From assembly GCF_001194135.2 (NCBI RefSeq), contig NC_068981.1:159293077-159357076 (forward strand): a stretch of DNA of 64,000 nt, written 5' to 3'. Numbering within the stretch: position 1 is the stretch's first letter; every line of letters begins with the position of its first letter. Of the stretch, positions 40,254 to 52,607 are shown piece by piece. This DNA comes from Octopus bimaculoides (lineage: Eukaryota). Below the pieces are notes generated by a model. That model had not been told where the DNA came from, made no database searches, and worked only from the letters and a program-made list of their open reading frames with translations. The translations under genes and the position numbers were made by a program.

Positions 40254-41507
40254 TATACATATACATATACATATATATATATATATATATATATTCCATC
40301 AAAAACTATGTATTTACTTCAGAATAATTCTATAGTTTATGGAAGCATGAATACATTAATTATATATAAGAAAGAAAGAAGGGTATATTTTAAGGGATAA
40401 AAGATTTATAAGGACCTATGATGATTAATGGGTGATGATGACAGTGATTTATCTCTAGACATATTTTTATGAAAATCAACAGGGAAAATATAGTTTCATT
40501 AAAAAATCTTATTGGTTGAATTAGCTTTTCATTTTTCAAGGTTCAATGATAAATGTCTAAAGAAGAGAGAGAGTTAAAGCCAATTAGCACAATTTTAACT
40601 CTAGTCATAAGTACTGAGTTGTGTCTGAAAGCAAAACTTTGTTATTCTTCATATTTCAATTAAACTGCACCAATTAAATAGAGTTTGATTACATTCAATC
40701 TACCCTACCATCCTAACCAAATCATTTTCAGAATTACTGAAGCCATTGTTATTGTTTCCCCCTCTTTAAACTAACTACAAAACTAACACAGGCAACAAAA
40801 TACCTCTTTCCTTAATTAAGGTGATTAAGGAAGAATTATTGGCACCCTCGATTTAGTATATTCATTCTATGTTATGCACACTAGTATTTTAAGCTAATGC
40901 TGTTTCAACTGTGTACATCAATTTAATTCTAGCCTGGTTGGCTTCCGCACAAATCAACAAATGTTTTTTTTTACCACTTTCTATATTGAAGCAAGCATTT
41001 TGTGCTTGACTCAGAGTGTCCAGAGTATTCATCACTGAGGAGACCAACCCAGGTTGAAACACTGTGTCTGATGATCCACTGGCATCATGAGCAAAGCTCC
41101 ATGTTTTTTTTAACAAACAAATCACTTTGAAAAATTTCTCTGAGACAAATTATTACAATTATTGTCATTTCCATCTGTGTGTACATATAAGCATATATAT
41201 CACTGTATCACTTTATCGACCTGATTATTGGATGTTGTTATAAACAAACGTTTCTTCATATTGTTAGATATCATGATATCTATACAGATAGATGTATATA
41301 TTCATGTAAATGTATGCACATGCACACTCCAATATTTTAATTTACTGTGGCTTCAAGTGTGTATATTTGATACAGCATGGTATTAGTGCTAGGAAACAAA
41401 TCAGTAAGTTTTTTAATTCGTAAGTCTGATGTGGCTTTTATTTTGTCGAAATTTTTTTTCTAACAAAGGAGAAAATGAAAATAGAAATTTAAGAAAATAA
41501 GAATATA

Positions 41508-41546
<39 letters not shown>

Positions 41547-41550
41547 GTAC

Positions 41551-41684
41551 CTGGAAGAAATTGCAGAATCTTCTCCAGATCTTGAGAAAGATCTCTCAGT
41601 GGCTGATAAGTCACATTCTCAGAATCGCTTAGTTCTTCTTGTTCTTGCAATTGCTCTATAAGAGCCACACCAAAATAGTACGTT
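41551..41684 (-). CDS. Coding exon B; end of repeat 1 plus acidic linker
   Basis: 134 nt (1 nt + 44 codons + 1 nt): TYYFGVALIEQLQEQEELSDSENVTYQPLRDLSQDLEKILQFLP. Donor CCAG|GTACTA (phase 1) matches the phase of exon C. Confidence 0.88.
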
Positions 41685-42453
41685 GTCAGCACGTTAAGGA
41701 GAATTAGATCAATAATCATTGGGAAAAAAATAGTGGAATCAAGAAAGAAGGTTTTGATATAAAAGATTCAAACATCAATAATGTCCCTGATCCCACGGTG
41801 TTTTTCTTTTTTAGCTCTTGTAACTTATCTCTTCCTGCAATGCTTCTTTAGATAATAGCACTTAACAAAATCAATCATCTACATGTAAAACTATGATCAT
41901 GTTTTGAATATAAATTAGTCCAAAGAACGTACTACAAACAGAAATTTCTGGAACACTGAGCCTGAACCATAAACTTCATTATGGCAATGCAGCAGTAGTG
42001 GTAGTGGTGGTGAGGATCATTTAGAAAATTAGGTCAACTGACCAAGTTGTAGCTGTGACCATTATTGTAGGAAACTATGGTATTTATACATCATTTATGC
42101 ATCAGCAATGTTAAAGATAACATCAAGGGACAGTTAATAAGTGTCAAATTAAATACCAAGCTTAAAAATTTAATTCGTGGAATCATTAGAGGAATAAATG
42201 ACACAAAAATATATAGACAAATACATCCATTTTCTTTGCAACTATCACAGAAGCATACATGTAATTCAGTCAGTATAGGTCCAAGTATGGCAGCATGGTA
42301 AGAAGTTTGCTTCCCAACCACATGGTTCTGGGTTGAGTCCCACTGCATGGTACCTTGGGTAAGTGTCTTCTACTATAGCTTTGAGCCAACCAAAGCCTTG
42401 TGAATGGATTTGGTAGACGGAAACTGAAAGAAGCCCTTCATATATAATATATG

Positions 42454-42507
<54 letters not shown>

Positions 42508-43129
42508 ATAATGTAAGTGTATATTTTTGATAGAATGCTGGTGCATTAAAAGAGAATTTAGGCATAGGAAGAATTAGATGCAAAGTGCAAGAGAGAAGAC
42601 TATGGTGATTTGGTCATGTGATGCGGATGGATGCTGACAGGTTCATAAAAAAAAGTGTCAGTCTCTCAAAGTGTCTGAAACATGTGGAAGAGGGAAACCC
42701 AGGAAGACAGGGGACAAAGTACTGAAGGACAACCTCGGGATGCTGAACCTTTCATAGACAGATAGATATATATGTGTGTCTATATGTCTGTTTTTGCTCA
42801 CCTACCACTGCTTGACAACTGGTGTTGGTGTTTATTTCCCTGTAACTTAGCAGTTTGGCAAAAGAGAAAGAAAGAATAAATACCAAGCTAAAAAAAAAAG
42901 TATTGGAATCAATTCATTCAGCAAAAAATTTTACAAAGCAGCACCTCAGCACATATGCACACACACACACATGGCTGTGTTGCAAAAAGTTTGCTTCCGA
43001 GCCATATGGTTCCTGGTTCAGTCCTCCATGACACCTGAAGCAAATGTCTTCTACTACAGCCCTGGGCCAACCAAAGTGTTCTGAGTGAATTTAGTAGACA
43101 GAAACTGAAAGAAACCCGAGTGTAAGTGT

Positions 43130-43918
43130 CCTGAGAGAAATGTTGGACATAAGAAGCATCAGATGTGGTGTGCAAGAGAGATGACTGTGCTGGTACGGCC
43201 ATGTATTGTGTATGGATGAGGAGATCTGTATGAAGAAGTGTCACTCCCTAAGAGTGGAAGGAACCCGTGGAAGAAGGAGACCTAAGAAGACATGGGACGA
43301 GGTGGTGAAGCATGACCCTTGAACGTTGGGCCTCACAGAGGCAATGACGAAAGACCGAGACCTCTGAAGATATGTTGACCTTTGGATTGTCGGGCAACAT
43401 GCCATGCTTGAGGAGACCTATTGAGTCAAGTAAATCAAAATCAAAATCTAAATCAAAACCAAGTCACAATCAAATGGAAATTGTAGTTGTGACTGATGCC
43501 AGTGCCACCTGACTGGCTCCCATGCTGGTGGCACGCAATAAGCACCATTCATGTGTGGGTCATTGCCAGTGCTGCCTGACTGGCTCCCCATGCCAGTGGC
43601 ACATATAAACACCGTCTGAACCTGGTCGATGCCAGCCCCCTCACCCCGACTGGCTCCTGTGGTGGTGGCACATAAAAAGCACATTCTGAGCATGGTAGAT
43701 GCCAGTGCCACCTGACTGCTTCCCATGCAGGTGCCACATAAAAAGCACCCACTACACTCTCGGAGTGTTTGGCGTTAGAAAAGGCATCCAGCTGTAGAAA
43801 CATTACCAGATCAGATTGGGGCCTGGTGAGACCTCCTGGCTTGCCAGTCTCCAGTCAAACCGCCCAGTCCATGCCAGCATGGGAAATGGACGTTAAATGA
43901 TGATGATGATGATGATGA
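43130..43918 (+). mobile_element. RTE-clade LINE 3' end (ORF2 C-terminus, tandem-repeat 3' UTR, (ATG)n tail)
   Basis: Degenerate WYGHV...VEGTRGRRRPKKTWDEVVKHD; repeated gccagtgcc-ctgactggctcc-gtggcac units; ttggcgttagaaaaggcatccagctgtagaaa tail motif. Confidence 0.8.
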
Positions 43919-45433
43919 ATGTCATGATAAAAATATAAACTAATTCTTCTGTTTTGTTCAGCCTGTGTGTGTGTGCGTGCGTGTCTTTATACTTTCTGGT
44001 AATTGCTCAGCTACAGATAGTGTTACTGCTGTCATTTTGCCTGTCAGCAAATAATGCACTGTCCTTGTGCCTTCAAAGATATGAAATAAGACATCCTCTA
44101 CTTGATAATTAGGGAAGGGTTAATGACAGGAAGTAGGACATCTGGCTGTAAAACAATACTTCAACTATCTATCTGGAAAATCGATTTAAAAGCAAACTAA
44201 TGAATACACACACACACATGCCCTGCTGCATGGGTAATGTCAGTGTGCATGCACAACATGTGAATGACTTAAGAAGAAAACTGGGTGTAAGAGGCATCAG
44301 ATGCTGTGTGCAAAAGAGAAGACTGCACTGGTTTGGTCATGTGATACAAAAATTAATAAGGTAACTAGCAATTTCAACAACCTGTAGCTACTATATACAA
44401 AACATGTTTGTGCAGACACAGAGTGAATAGGATGGACTGACATTAGACACGCCCAAAACCCTGTCAAAGCTATGATATATGGGAGCCTATTCCTGTTCAT
44501 AGATCACATTGAAGTAATAAAGTTTCAACCTACAAGTGTACATATGAAATGCAATACAGTGCAAAGTATCAAAAACAAAAGTAGAATCCCTGAACAACAG
44601 GTGGTAATATACACACCTGAAGTGGACACAATGCAAACAGCTTTCTGATACCATGAAACAATCAACAGATTTCAGCAATAGAGTAACAAAAGAATTTCTT
44701 AAACTGCATTTAGGTGGTGGAACAGGTGCCCTAGATACAACAGACACAAAGCCACGTACTTCAGCGCACAAGGTTACTTCAACTGTTGAACTCAGGATAT
44801 TGACTCCATACACAACATCCTAATATTAAATGAACTATACTTTTAAATATCTGAGGGTTTTTTCCATGACTAACTAGAGTAAATGAGCTCCTGTCTCTAC
44901 CTGAAAGATCTTGTCACATGCAAGGAGGTGATATGCAGAGAACATACAGAAACAGATCAGCTAACAAACACATCAGATGTAGAACTATACATATTAAAAT
45001 ATGTCTGCTTTTGTTTTGATAAGAAAGTAAGAAACTACATGGAGCTGCTATGTATTTGCATGAAGATATAATATCAAAAGCAGTGTTGCCACACTCAAAC
45101 ACTGTTTGTGACACAAAGAAAAATTTAACATGGTTATGCAAAAAACATAACACACAACACATTGCCCACAAGATATCTTAAACAATAGCACAAAATTTGA
45201 GGAAAGTTTTAGACAGGAGCAGCAATAACTAGTTTGAATCAACATGCCAATGAATTCATATTGAGTGGCTTTAATATTTCAAACCTCAAGTAGACAAAAG
45301 GTTATATTCTCTTGAGAAAACAACAGCATGACTGTAGGTCAGCTGTTTCTGCTTAACCTCATGGGCATGATGTCCAAATATGTTACTATATAAGAGATCC
45401 CTGATGTTCAATTAATGCAAAAATGATCCACAA

Positions 45434-45862
45434 TATTTTGTTGTATCTTGGGAGGGTCATTATACCAACAATAAATACATGCACTGGTTCTATTTCACTT
45501 CTGTATTATATGTCAATTGGTTAATTATCTTACCATTTAACTAGCTGATATTTTTGATTAATCATTTAGTTCACTGATCAATCAGTTAGGTTTGTCAAAG
45601 TCCTTTTGCTACCATTCACAATCTCATCAATGACATTCCCTCTTTACTCCATGTCTGCTTCACCTGCTGAGGTTGCAAATGGTAACAAAGAGACTTTGAC
45701 AAACTTAACTGATTTACTGATTAGCTGAATGATCATAAAACAACTGATTAGTAAATTGGTTAAATAGTTAACCAATTGTCAAATAAAAAACAAAGAAGTG
45801 AAATATAACTAGTGCATGTATTTCCTATTGACATAATGACCCTCCCAAGATACAGCAAAATA
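45434..45862. repeat. Long inverted repeat (~190-bp arms, 48-bp spacer)
   Basis: 45434-45623 aligns along its length with the reverse complement of 45672-45862; a related single arm lies at ~53728-53860. Confidence 0.82.
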
Positions 45863-46350
45863 GGTCTCAACCCACAATTTCACAACAAGATTCTTGCAAA
45901 CCAAACACAAAAATGAAAATGATCCTCAATATGTCTTGCATAATATTTATTCTCTGACTATATTGTAGTAAAATTGATAATGTTTGGTCCAAAGAAACTT
46001 TTGGCTCAGCACCTAACAAAAATGCGCTCAATCATGTCTAACAAATATCAACAAGGTTTAATGAAAACCAATTCAACAGAATCTTGATTCATGTATGTGA
46101 CTGTAAATTCTATACACTTAAGAATGTTTCAAATATCTTTATAATTTGTGTTAGAGAATAAAAAAATGACACTAAGATGCATTTAAAATTACAATAATAC
46201 AAATATGCACAAGAGCAACTGTACACACACATACATGCATGTGCACATATTAATAAGATTATTCATAAACTAATAAACAATAGGTATTAATATCAATCTT
46301 AAATTTTTTTATTATTTTTTTTTTTATTCAATGTGGAAGAAAAAGGATAT

Positions 46351-46519
46351 TTCTTGAACTTCCCTTTCCTCTGAGCCATACTGCTAGGAAACTCTTCTCT
46401 CACAGCCTTGTTACATGCTGGCCCCCAATGAACCATTTCTGGAATGTTCAGCAGCATACTAATTTTCTGAAGAAGTAGGTCACGTGATACATAACCTTTA
46501 GCACAGCCAACTAATAACT
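46351..46519 (-). CDS. Coding exon A (most upstream confidently placed) of a spliced gene; winged-helix-like repeat 1
   Basis: Acceptor ttattattttcAG; 169 nt (2 nt + 55 codons + 2 nt): LLVGCAKGYVSRDLLLQKISMLLNIPEMVHWGPACNKAVREEFPSSMAQRKGKFK. Ends AA|ATATCCTTTTT (U12 donor). Homologous to exon C. Confidence 0.88.
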
Positions 46520-48137
46520 CTGAAAATAATAAAGTGAAATTAATTTAAAAAAAAAAAAAACTTGATAAATAGCAAAATAAATAATTATGCTCTTTTCTGA
46601 TTGAAATTTTTTATATTTTAATCAATAAATTAGTGCTAACATGCTATCTTAAAAAGAGAGGGTTGGCAATAATAAAGCATTCCTTCTCCCTAAGCATGTA
46701 AACTAGCTTTGAAAGGTCAATTCATCATTTCTTGGAATTATCTTCCTTTACTTTGTATGTTGCTTATAATAGCTGCCAGGATTTTTTCTTTCTCTCAAAG
46801 GGGAATTTCAATTATTTAGGAATTTTTTTGTATACAATATTTAGTACATCACCATTTAACTTTCTATTCTCAGAGATTATTTAAACCTATATCTGATGGG
46901 TTAAATAGTGAAATAACCACATGAGGGTACAAGAGGGTGAATTACAGAGAAGGTGCTGAGAATCATTGAAAGAAAGGATTCCTAATCATTTACAGTTGTT
47001 TTGTAACCCCAGGCCAGCTGTGATTCAGTAAGGTTATTATAAAAGTATTCCAGCCATGACGATCTAAAATGTCAAGCAGTGGAGAGGGGATAGACACAAA
47101 GAGACACACATATAACCACAAATACACATGCAAACAAGGGGTGGAGGCACATGGCTTAGAAGTTAGGATGTTGGACTCATGATCGTAAGATTGTGGTTTC
47201 AGTTCTTGGAGTGGGCAATGCATTGTATTCTTGAGTAAAACACTTCATTTCACATTGCTCCTGTCCACTCAGCTGGTAAAAATGAATAATCCTGTGATGG
47301 ACTAGCATCTAATACAAGGAGGAACATATATATATATGTGAGAGAATTAAATATATTATCTCACAAGGTATTGGTTGACCTGAAGATATTCTTCCTCAAG
47401 GTACCATGCAATGGAACTGAACCCGAAATCACATGGTTGCAAAGCGGAATTCTTAACCACACTGCCTACAAACAATTCCTGTTTTAAAGCTTCCTTCTAC
47501 ACAAAATGTTTTGTTGTTCTTTCTTCCTGTGATATGAATTTACATTTTCGAACATTATTAGGATACTCAATCAGAAAAGAAAATATGAGTTGATCATGTT
47601 ACAATATTCAATTTGGCAAATAAAATATGATTTATTTAAAAACTATTATTAATACAAATTTAGTCAGAAACTGTTTTTGTATTAGAGTAAACGTAAACAC
47701 ACACATTCATGGGCAGTGGGCCATGGTTATCCGGAATGTGGTGCTGGTGCCACCAACAGCCAGCAGTAACCAGAAATATGTAAGACAGCAAAACAATGTA
47801 AGATGGTATACATATGTATGTGTATGTAAGTATGTGTGCATATAGTTGTGTGTGTTTGCATGTAAGAGTATGTCCTTGTGTGTATATATGTGTGTGTGTT
47901 ATCATATGACAACACACCTACCACTTTAGCCAAAGTAGCAGAGGAATTTGAGTATGTTTTTAACTTCATAGTTGAGTGCGCAATTGTAGGAGTACATCCA
48001 AAGATGCCCCACTGAGTAAATTATATACCCCAGTTCATATGTTAATGTCAACATTTACACAAGTTTCCACCAATTAACAATCATATATGTTCTATGTAAT
48101 AAGAATAAATAAACATCAGATTGAGTGCATACATATC

Positions 48138-48201
<64 letters not shown>

Positions 48202-48255
48202 CGTATTTACTGAGACCATAAATACTAGGTTGGTATCTAGCACAAGATAACTCAC

Positions 48256-48299
48256 CTCATGGGTAGAGAGTCACTATTTTGTTCTGACTGGCAAATTAT
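48256..48299 (-). CDS. Candidate upstream exon of the same gene (44 nt)
   Basis: Acceptor ttccatctcctAG and strong donor GAG|GTGAGT; open only as IICQSEQNSDSLPM (phase 0 to 2). Does not join exon A directly in frame. Confidence 0.35.
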
Positions 48300-48505
48300 C
48301 TAGGAGATGGAACATTCTTACAAGAACACAACTATATATNNNNNNNNNNNNNNNNNNNNNNNNNNNNNNNNNNNNNNNNNNNNNNNNNNNNNNNNNNNNN
48401 NNNNNNNNNNNNNNNNNNNNNNNNNNNNNNNNNNNNNNNNNNNNNNNNNNNNNNNNNNNNNNNNNNNNNNNNNNNNNNNNNNNNNNNNNNNNNNNNNNNN
48501 NNNNN

Positions 48506-48547
<42 letters not shown>

Positions 48548-49334
48548 TATATATTTATATGTGTATACATATATATGCATGCACACATACACATACGCAC
48601 ACATATACTGTTACTAGCTATATGGTTTATTTCATGGCAGACATGAAGTTTGATTCCGATACATAACACTACAATATCTATATATAATAGCTATTAATAA
48701 TACTATCCATACATTGGTTAGTGTGGATTGAGTTCCTCATTGAAGGCCACTGCAATGAGAACTCCTTGCTTGTTAGACTAAGGATTTGAATTTAGGTGGC
48801 AAAATTCTAGGAGTTACTTTGGTGCAGTTATCAGAATTTATGGCAGAGATTCAATTCTTGTAGTTGATCATATAAATCTTTTCCATCTGATATATATACA
48901 CACACACACACACATGTTGTTGACATGTTCTCAGAGTGGTTGGCGTTAGGAAGGGCATCCAGCTGTAGAAACTCTGCCAAATCAGATTGGAGCCTAATGT
49001 CGCCTCCTGGTCCACCAGTCCTCAGTCAAATCGTCCAACCCATGCTAGCATGGAAAGCGGACGTTAAACGACGACGATGTTGATGATAATGATATATACA
49101 TAAATATATATACATACATATATATATATATATACATACATATATATATATATATACATACATAGGGAGAGAGAGCAAGGAGAAAGAGAGAAAGAGAGTG
49201 CAACTTTTGTGTACAAGTAGGTGTAGTGTATGACTGCCATAGTTATGTTTAGAGCTCCACATAGATTATCATCATTCAGTCTGCTTCTACCATAGCAGTT
49301 AAGCAACTGCTATACTTAATAGTATTATTAGAGA

Positions 49335-50262
49335 GCCAAGCGGCGTCCTGTTTGACCGATGTACAGAGAAGGATAGAAAGAGAAGGAGATGCAGTAAATG
49401 GCGTTCCTATAAGTGCATGTAAAGGAGTCAGTGATATGACAGGGATGATGATGTGTGCTTGTGAGGATGGTGGTGTTGGAGAGGTAGGAGCAAGTGCGGA
49501 AGCATAGGCGGGAGCAGGGGAACAAGCCAGGTTGGGAGCTGGGGTCAGGGAAGAAACTGTTGACTAGGTCATGTAGATTGTGAGCTCATTTGAAGGAGAG
49601 GAGGGGGTAGGCTGAAGAAGATGTGCGAAGTTGAGGGGTTGGATTGGAATTGCCAGAAGGCTTAGAGAATGGTGCGTTGGAGGAGCAGAGTGGAGGGGTG
49701 TTGGTGAGGGGAAACAGGAGACGAGTAACAGGAGGGCTGGTGTGGAGAGAGAGAGAGCAGAGGCACAGCCCACGGAATGTGCTCATGCAAGGGCAGTGTG
49801 GATAGTGGTGAGGGGATATCCACAAAGGATGAAGTGGCAAGCCATGAGTTGAGAGACTGAGTCTCAAAGTCATGGTTGTCACTGCAGAGCATGCGCAGAC
49901 GAAGGAATTGGGAATAGGGGATGGAGAGCTTGATGTAGGTAGGGTGGGAGGAAGAGAAGTTGAGGTATGAGTGTGAGTCAGTGTGTTTGTAGTGGATGGA
50001 GATAGTGAAAGTGGAGTTGCATATATTGACCAAAATATCAAGAAAGGCGACGCAAGTGTTGGAAATGGTGCTGGAGAATTCAAGAGCAGGATGGAAGGAT
50101 TGGACAAAAGAGAGGAAGGAATCATTGTTTGGGGGAGAGCGAGGTCACACCGATACAATCATCAATATAACGACCATATAGTTCGGGAGTGGGACCAGTG
50201 AATCTTGAAAATATTTGGGCCTCAACATAGCCAACGAACAGGTTCGCATAGTTGGAGTCCCT
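49335..50262 (-). mobile_element. Penelope-like element fragment (RT plus GIY-YIG), frameshifted
   Basis: YANLFVGYVE...YGRYIDDCIG (RT), TDSHSYLNFSSSHP and SIPYSQFLRLR (thumb), FTCTYRNAIYCI...LYIGQTGRRL (GIY-YIG); abuts (TA)n at 50266. Confidence 0.88.
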
Positions 50263-51249
50263 TCTTATATATATATATATATAACATACATACACACACA
50301 CATATATATATATATCTAAATGAATACACCCAAGACAAAGAAAGAAAGAAAGCATGGTGAGAAACAGAACACATGAGAGAGGGAGGAGGAAGTAAGAGAT
50401 TATTAAAAAAAGAAGTGTTTCAAGCGGTCAATCTGTTAACTCATCCACTGAAACCAATAGAAATTGGAAAATGAATATAAACAAATATACATGAATAAAG
50501 GAGTATGAAAAGGTCATGAGCTTAAGTGTTCAACGGTCAATTTGTATATTTGAAAAAGGACAAAATCTAAACATATATTTTTAAGTTAAAGAAGTGATTT
50601 TAAATTCTCAATCGTAGGATAATGCTAATAATATAGCCTGAACAGGATAAACTACCCCTATTTTGCAGAAAAAAGTGTAGGCAGTTACACATTTCTAAGT
50701 TACAACTTTCTAAGACATCTCAATGCTTCTAAAACCAAACTTCGTTTGTTTATTTACGTTTATCGTAATTTGAATTTAACATATATTTTTAAGTATAAAA
50801 CTACAGATTCATACAAACACACACCCATACAATATATATAAACATACATTCATACACATATGTATATATATTAGGAACATAGGCTAGCCAGCGAGCTTGT
50901 TAAAATATGTAAATTAGCAACAGAGACAACATTAATACTGAGAGGTAATATTTATCCTCACTTGAACGTGGATGTACTGTTGGAACAAACTATACTGCGG
51001 TAGATACCATGAGAGAAACTTTCATATTGGCTTTTTGGGTGCAAAATTCACACTTGTTTATATTACTAGTAGAGATAAAACCCAGTCACCCTCAGTGCTG
51101 AGACCACCAGGTCACGTGATTTCAATCTTCTTTAGTTTTGTCAATGATGGATGCTCAACCACTTGAGATAGCAGTGATTTGTCTCCCTACACTAATATAC
51201 GTATATGTCAATGTGTGAATGTGTGTGTGCATGTATGGCAGTGTGTGTC

Positions 51250-51885
51250 ATGAGACAAAAATTGGGCAAAAAAGGCATCAGATATGGTGTGCAGGAGAGA
51301 TGACTGTGCTGGTATGGTCATGTGATGCATATGGAAGAGCTCAGCTGCAATAAAGAAGTACTGATCTCTAGCTGTAGAGGGAACCTGTGGAAGAGGTAGA
51401 CCCAGGAAGACATGAGACGAGGTGGTGAAGCATGGTCTTCAAATGTTGGGTCTCATGGAGGCATTGACAAGTGATAGAGACAATTGGCGATTTGTGGTGA
51501 TTGAGAAGACTCATCAAGCCATTTAAAATCATAGTTGTGGCTTGTGCCAGTGACATGTAAAAGGTACCCATGCCAATGTAAAAGCACCTGTGCCAGAGAC
51601 ACATAAAAGGTGCCCTTGCTGGTGATGCATAAAAAGCAGCCATGTCGGTGAGACATAAATGTGCACCCATGTCAGTGACATGTAAATGGCACCCATGCCG
51701 GTGATATATAAAAAGCACCAACTACACTCTTGGAGTGGTTGGCATTAGGAAGGGCATCCAGCCAAAGAAACCACACCAAAACAGACTGGAAACTGGTACA
51801 GCCCTCTGGCTTACCAATTCCAGTCAAACCTTCTAACTTATGCCAACATGAACAATGGATGCTAAATGATGATGATGATGATGAT
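51250..51885 (+). mobile_element. RTE-clade LINE 3' end with ~25-bp tandem array
   Basis: Same ORF2 C-terminal remnant; gcacccatgccggtgacatgtaaaa-like units; same tail and (GAT)n end. Confidence 0.75.
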
Positions 51886-52433
51886 GTACATGTATGTATG
51901 TAGGAACACGATATAAAGTCATGTTTACTATGCATCAATACCAACATCATTTGAGGAGATATATTGCTCGAGTGAGTATCCTGTAAAGTGGTTGTTGTTC
52001 CAAAGGGTATCCAGTCATAGAAACCAAACCAAATAAGAACTACTGTGCTACCATCATCATCAGTGTTGTCCAATCATTATTATATTCCATAAATCAACAT
52101 AAATCGGAAGACTTTAGATATTCCATCAAATCAATACACTTCCATACAAGACAAATGTGAATATAAATGGCATCTGACATTATTTTAAGACTTTGAAGTT
52201 AAAAACAAAGAATTTCAGGCAAGAGGGGTAACGCAATATAAATAGAAAAGATAAATAGTTAAAAAAATAAGGTAATAAGACAAAGCTGGGGTATATTGAA
52301 AAAAATACCTTTGGTATTAGGTGTGAAAAGTTACATCGTGTAAATTACAAATAAAAAACGTGTAATTAAAAGAAATCTCTTAAAATGTCAGACCCTTTGT
52401 GACTTTTGGGCTACCCTGTATGAGTTGCATGTT

Positions 52434-52465
<32 letters not shown>

Positions 52466-52468
<3 letters not shown>

Positions 52469-52607
52469 GAAGTTTATAGAAAAACAAAAGACAAAGACAG
52501 GTGTATGAACAACAAACAGGTGTATTAGTTTGACACACATAAAAATGAAGAAGTCTTTTACATTTCAAGCCTACGCTCTTCAACAGAAAAGAATAAGAGA
52601 AAATAAG
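52466..52607 (-). mobile_element. Second, older copy of the Penelope-like terminal repeat
   Basis: Reverse complement reads tcttttCTGTTGAagagcgtaggcttGAAAtgtaaaaga...aaacttccact followed by (AT)n. Confidence 0.5.

Larger units (their letters stand above)
41685..46350 (-). other. U12-type AT-AC intron 1 (4666 nt, phase 2)
   Basis: 5' end ATATCCTTTTT at 46350; branch TCCTTAAC at 41693-41700; 3' end GTGCTGAC at 41685. Removal gives in-frame KGKFKK-TYYFGV. Confidence 0.88.

Noticed and set aside
44487-44813. 108-aa minus-strand ORF inside U12 intron 1 with an ATATCCTG
   Set aside because: No recognisable domain, the donor deviates from the U12 consensus, and no matching branch site or phase was found.
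50960-51170. Minus-strand CEFCTQKANMKVSLM and a TCACGTGAC resembling the SRD codons
   Set aside because: Bounded by in-frame stops, lacks the His ligands, and has no frame-compatible splice sites.
51540-51720. Regular short repeats superficially like a CRISPR array
   Set aside because: Degenerate units with no unique spacers, inside an RTE 3' UTR, in a eukaryotic context with no cas genes.
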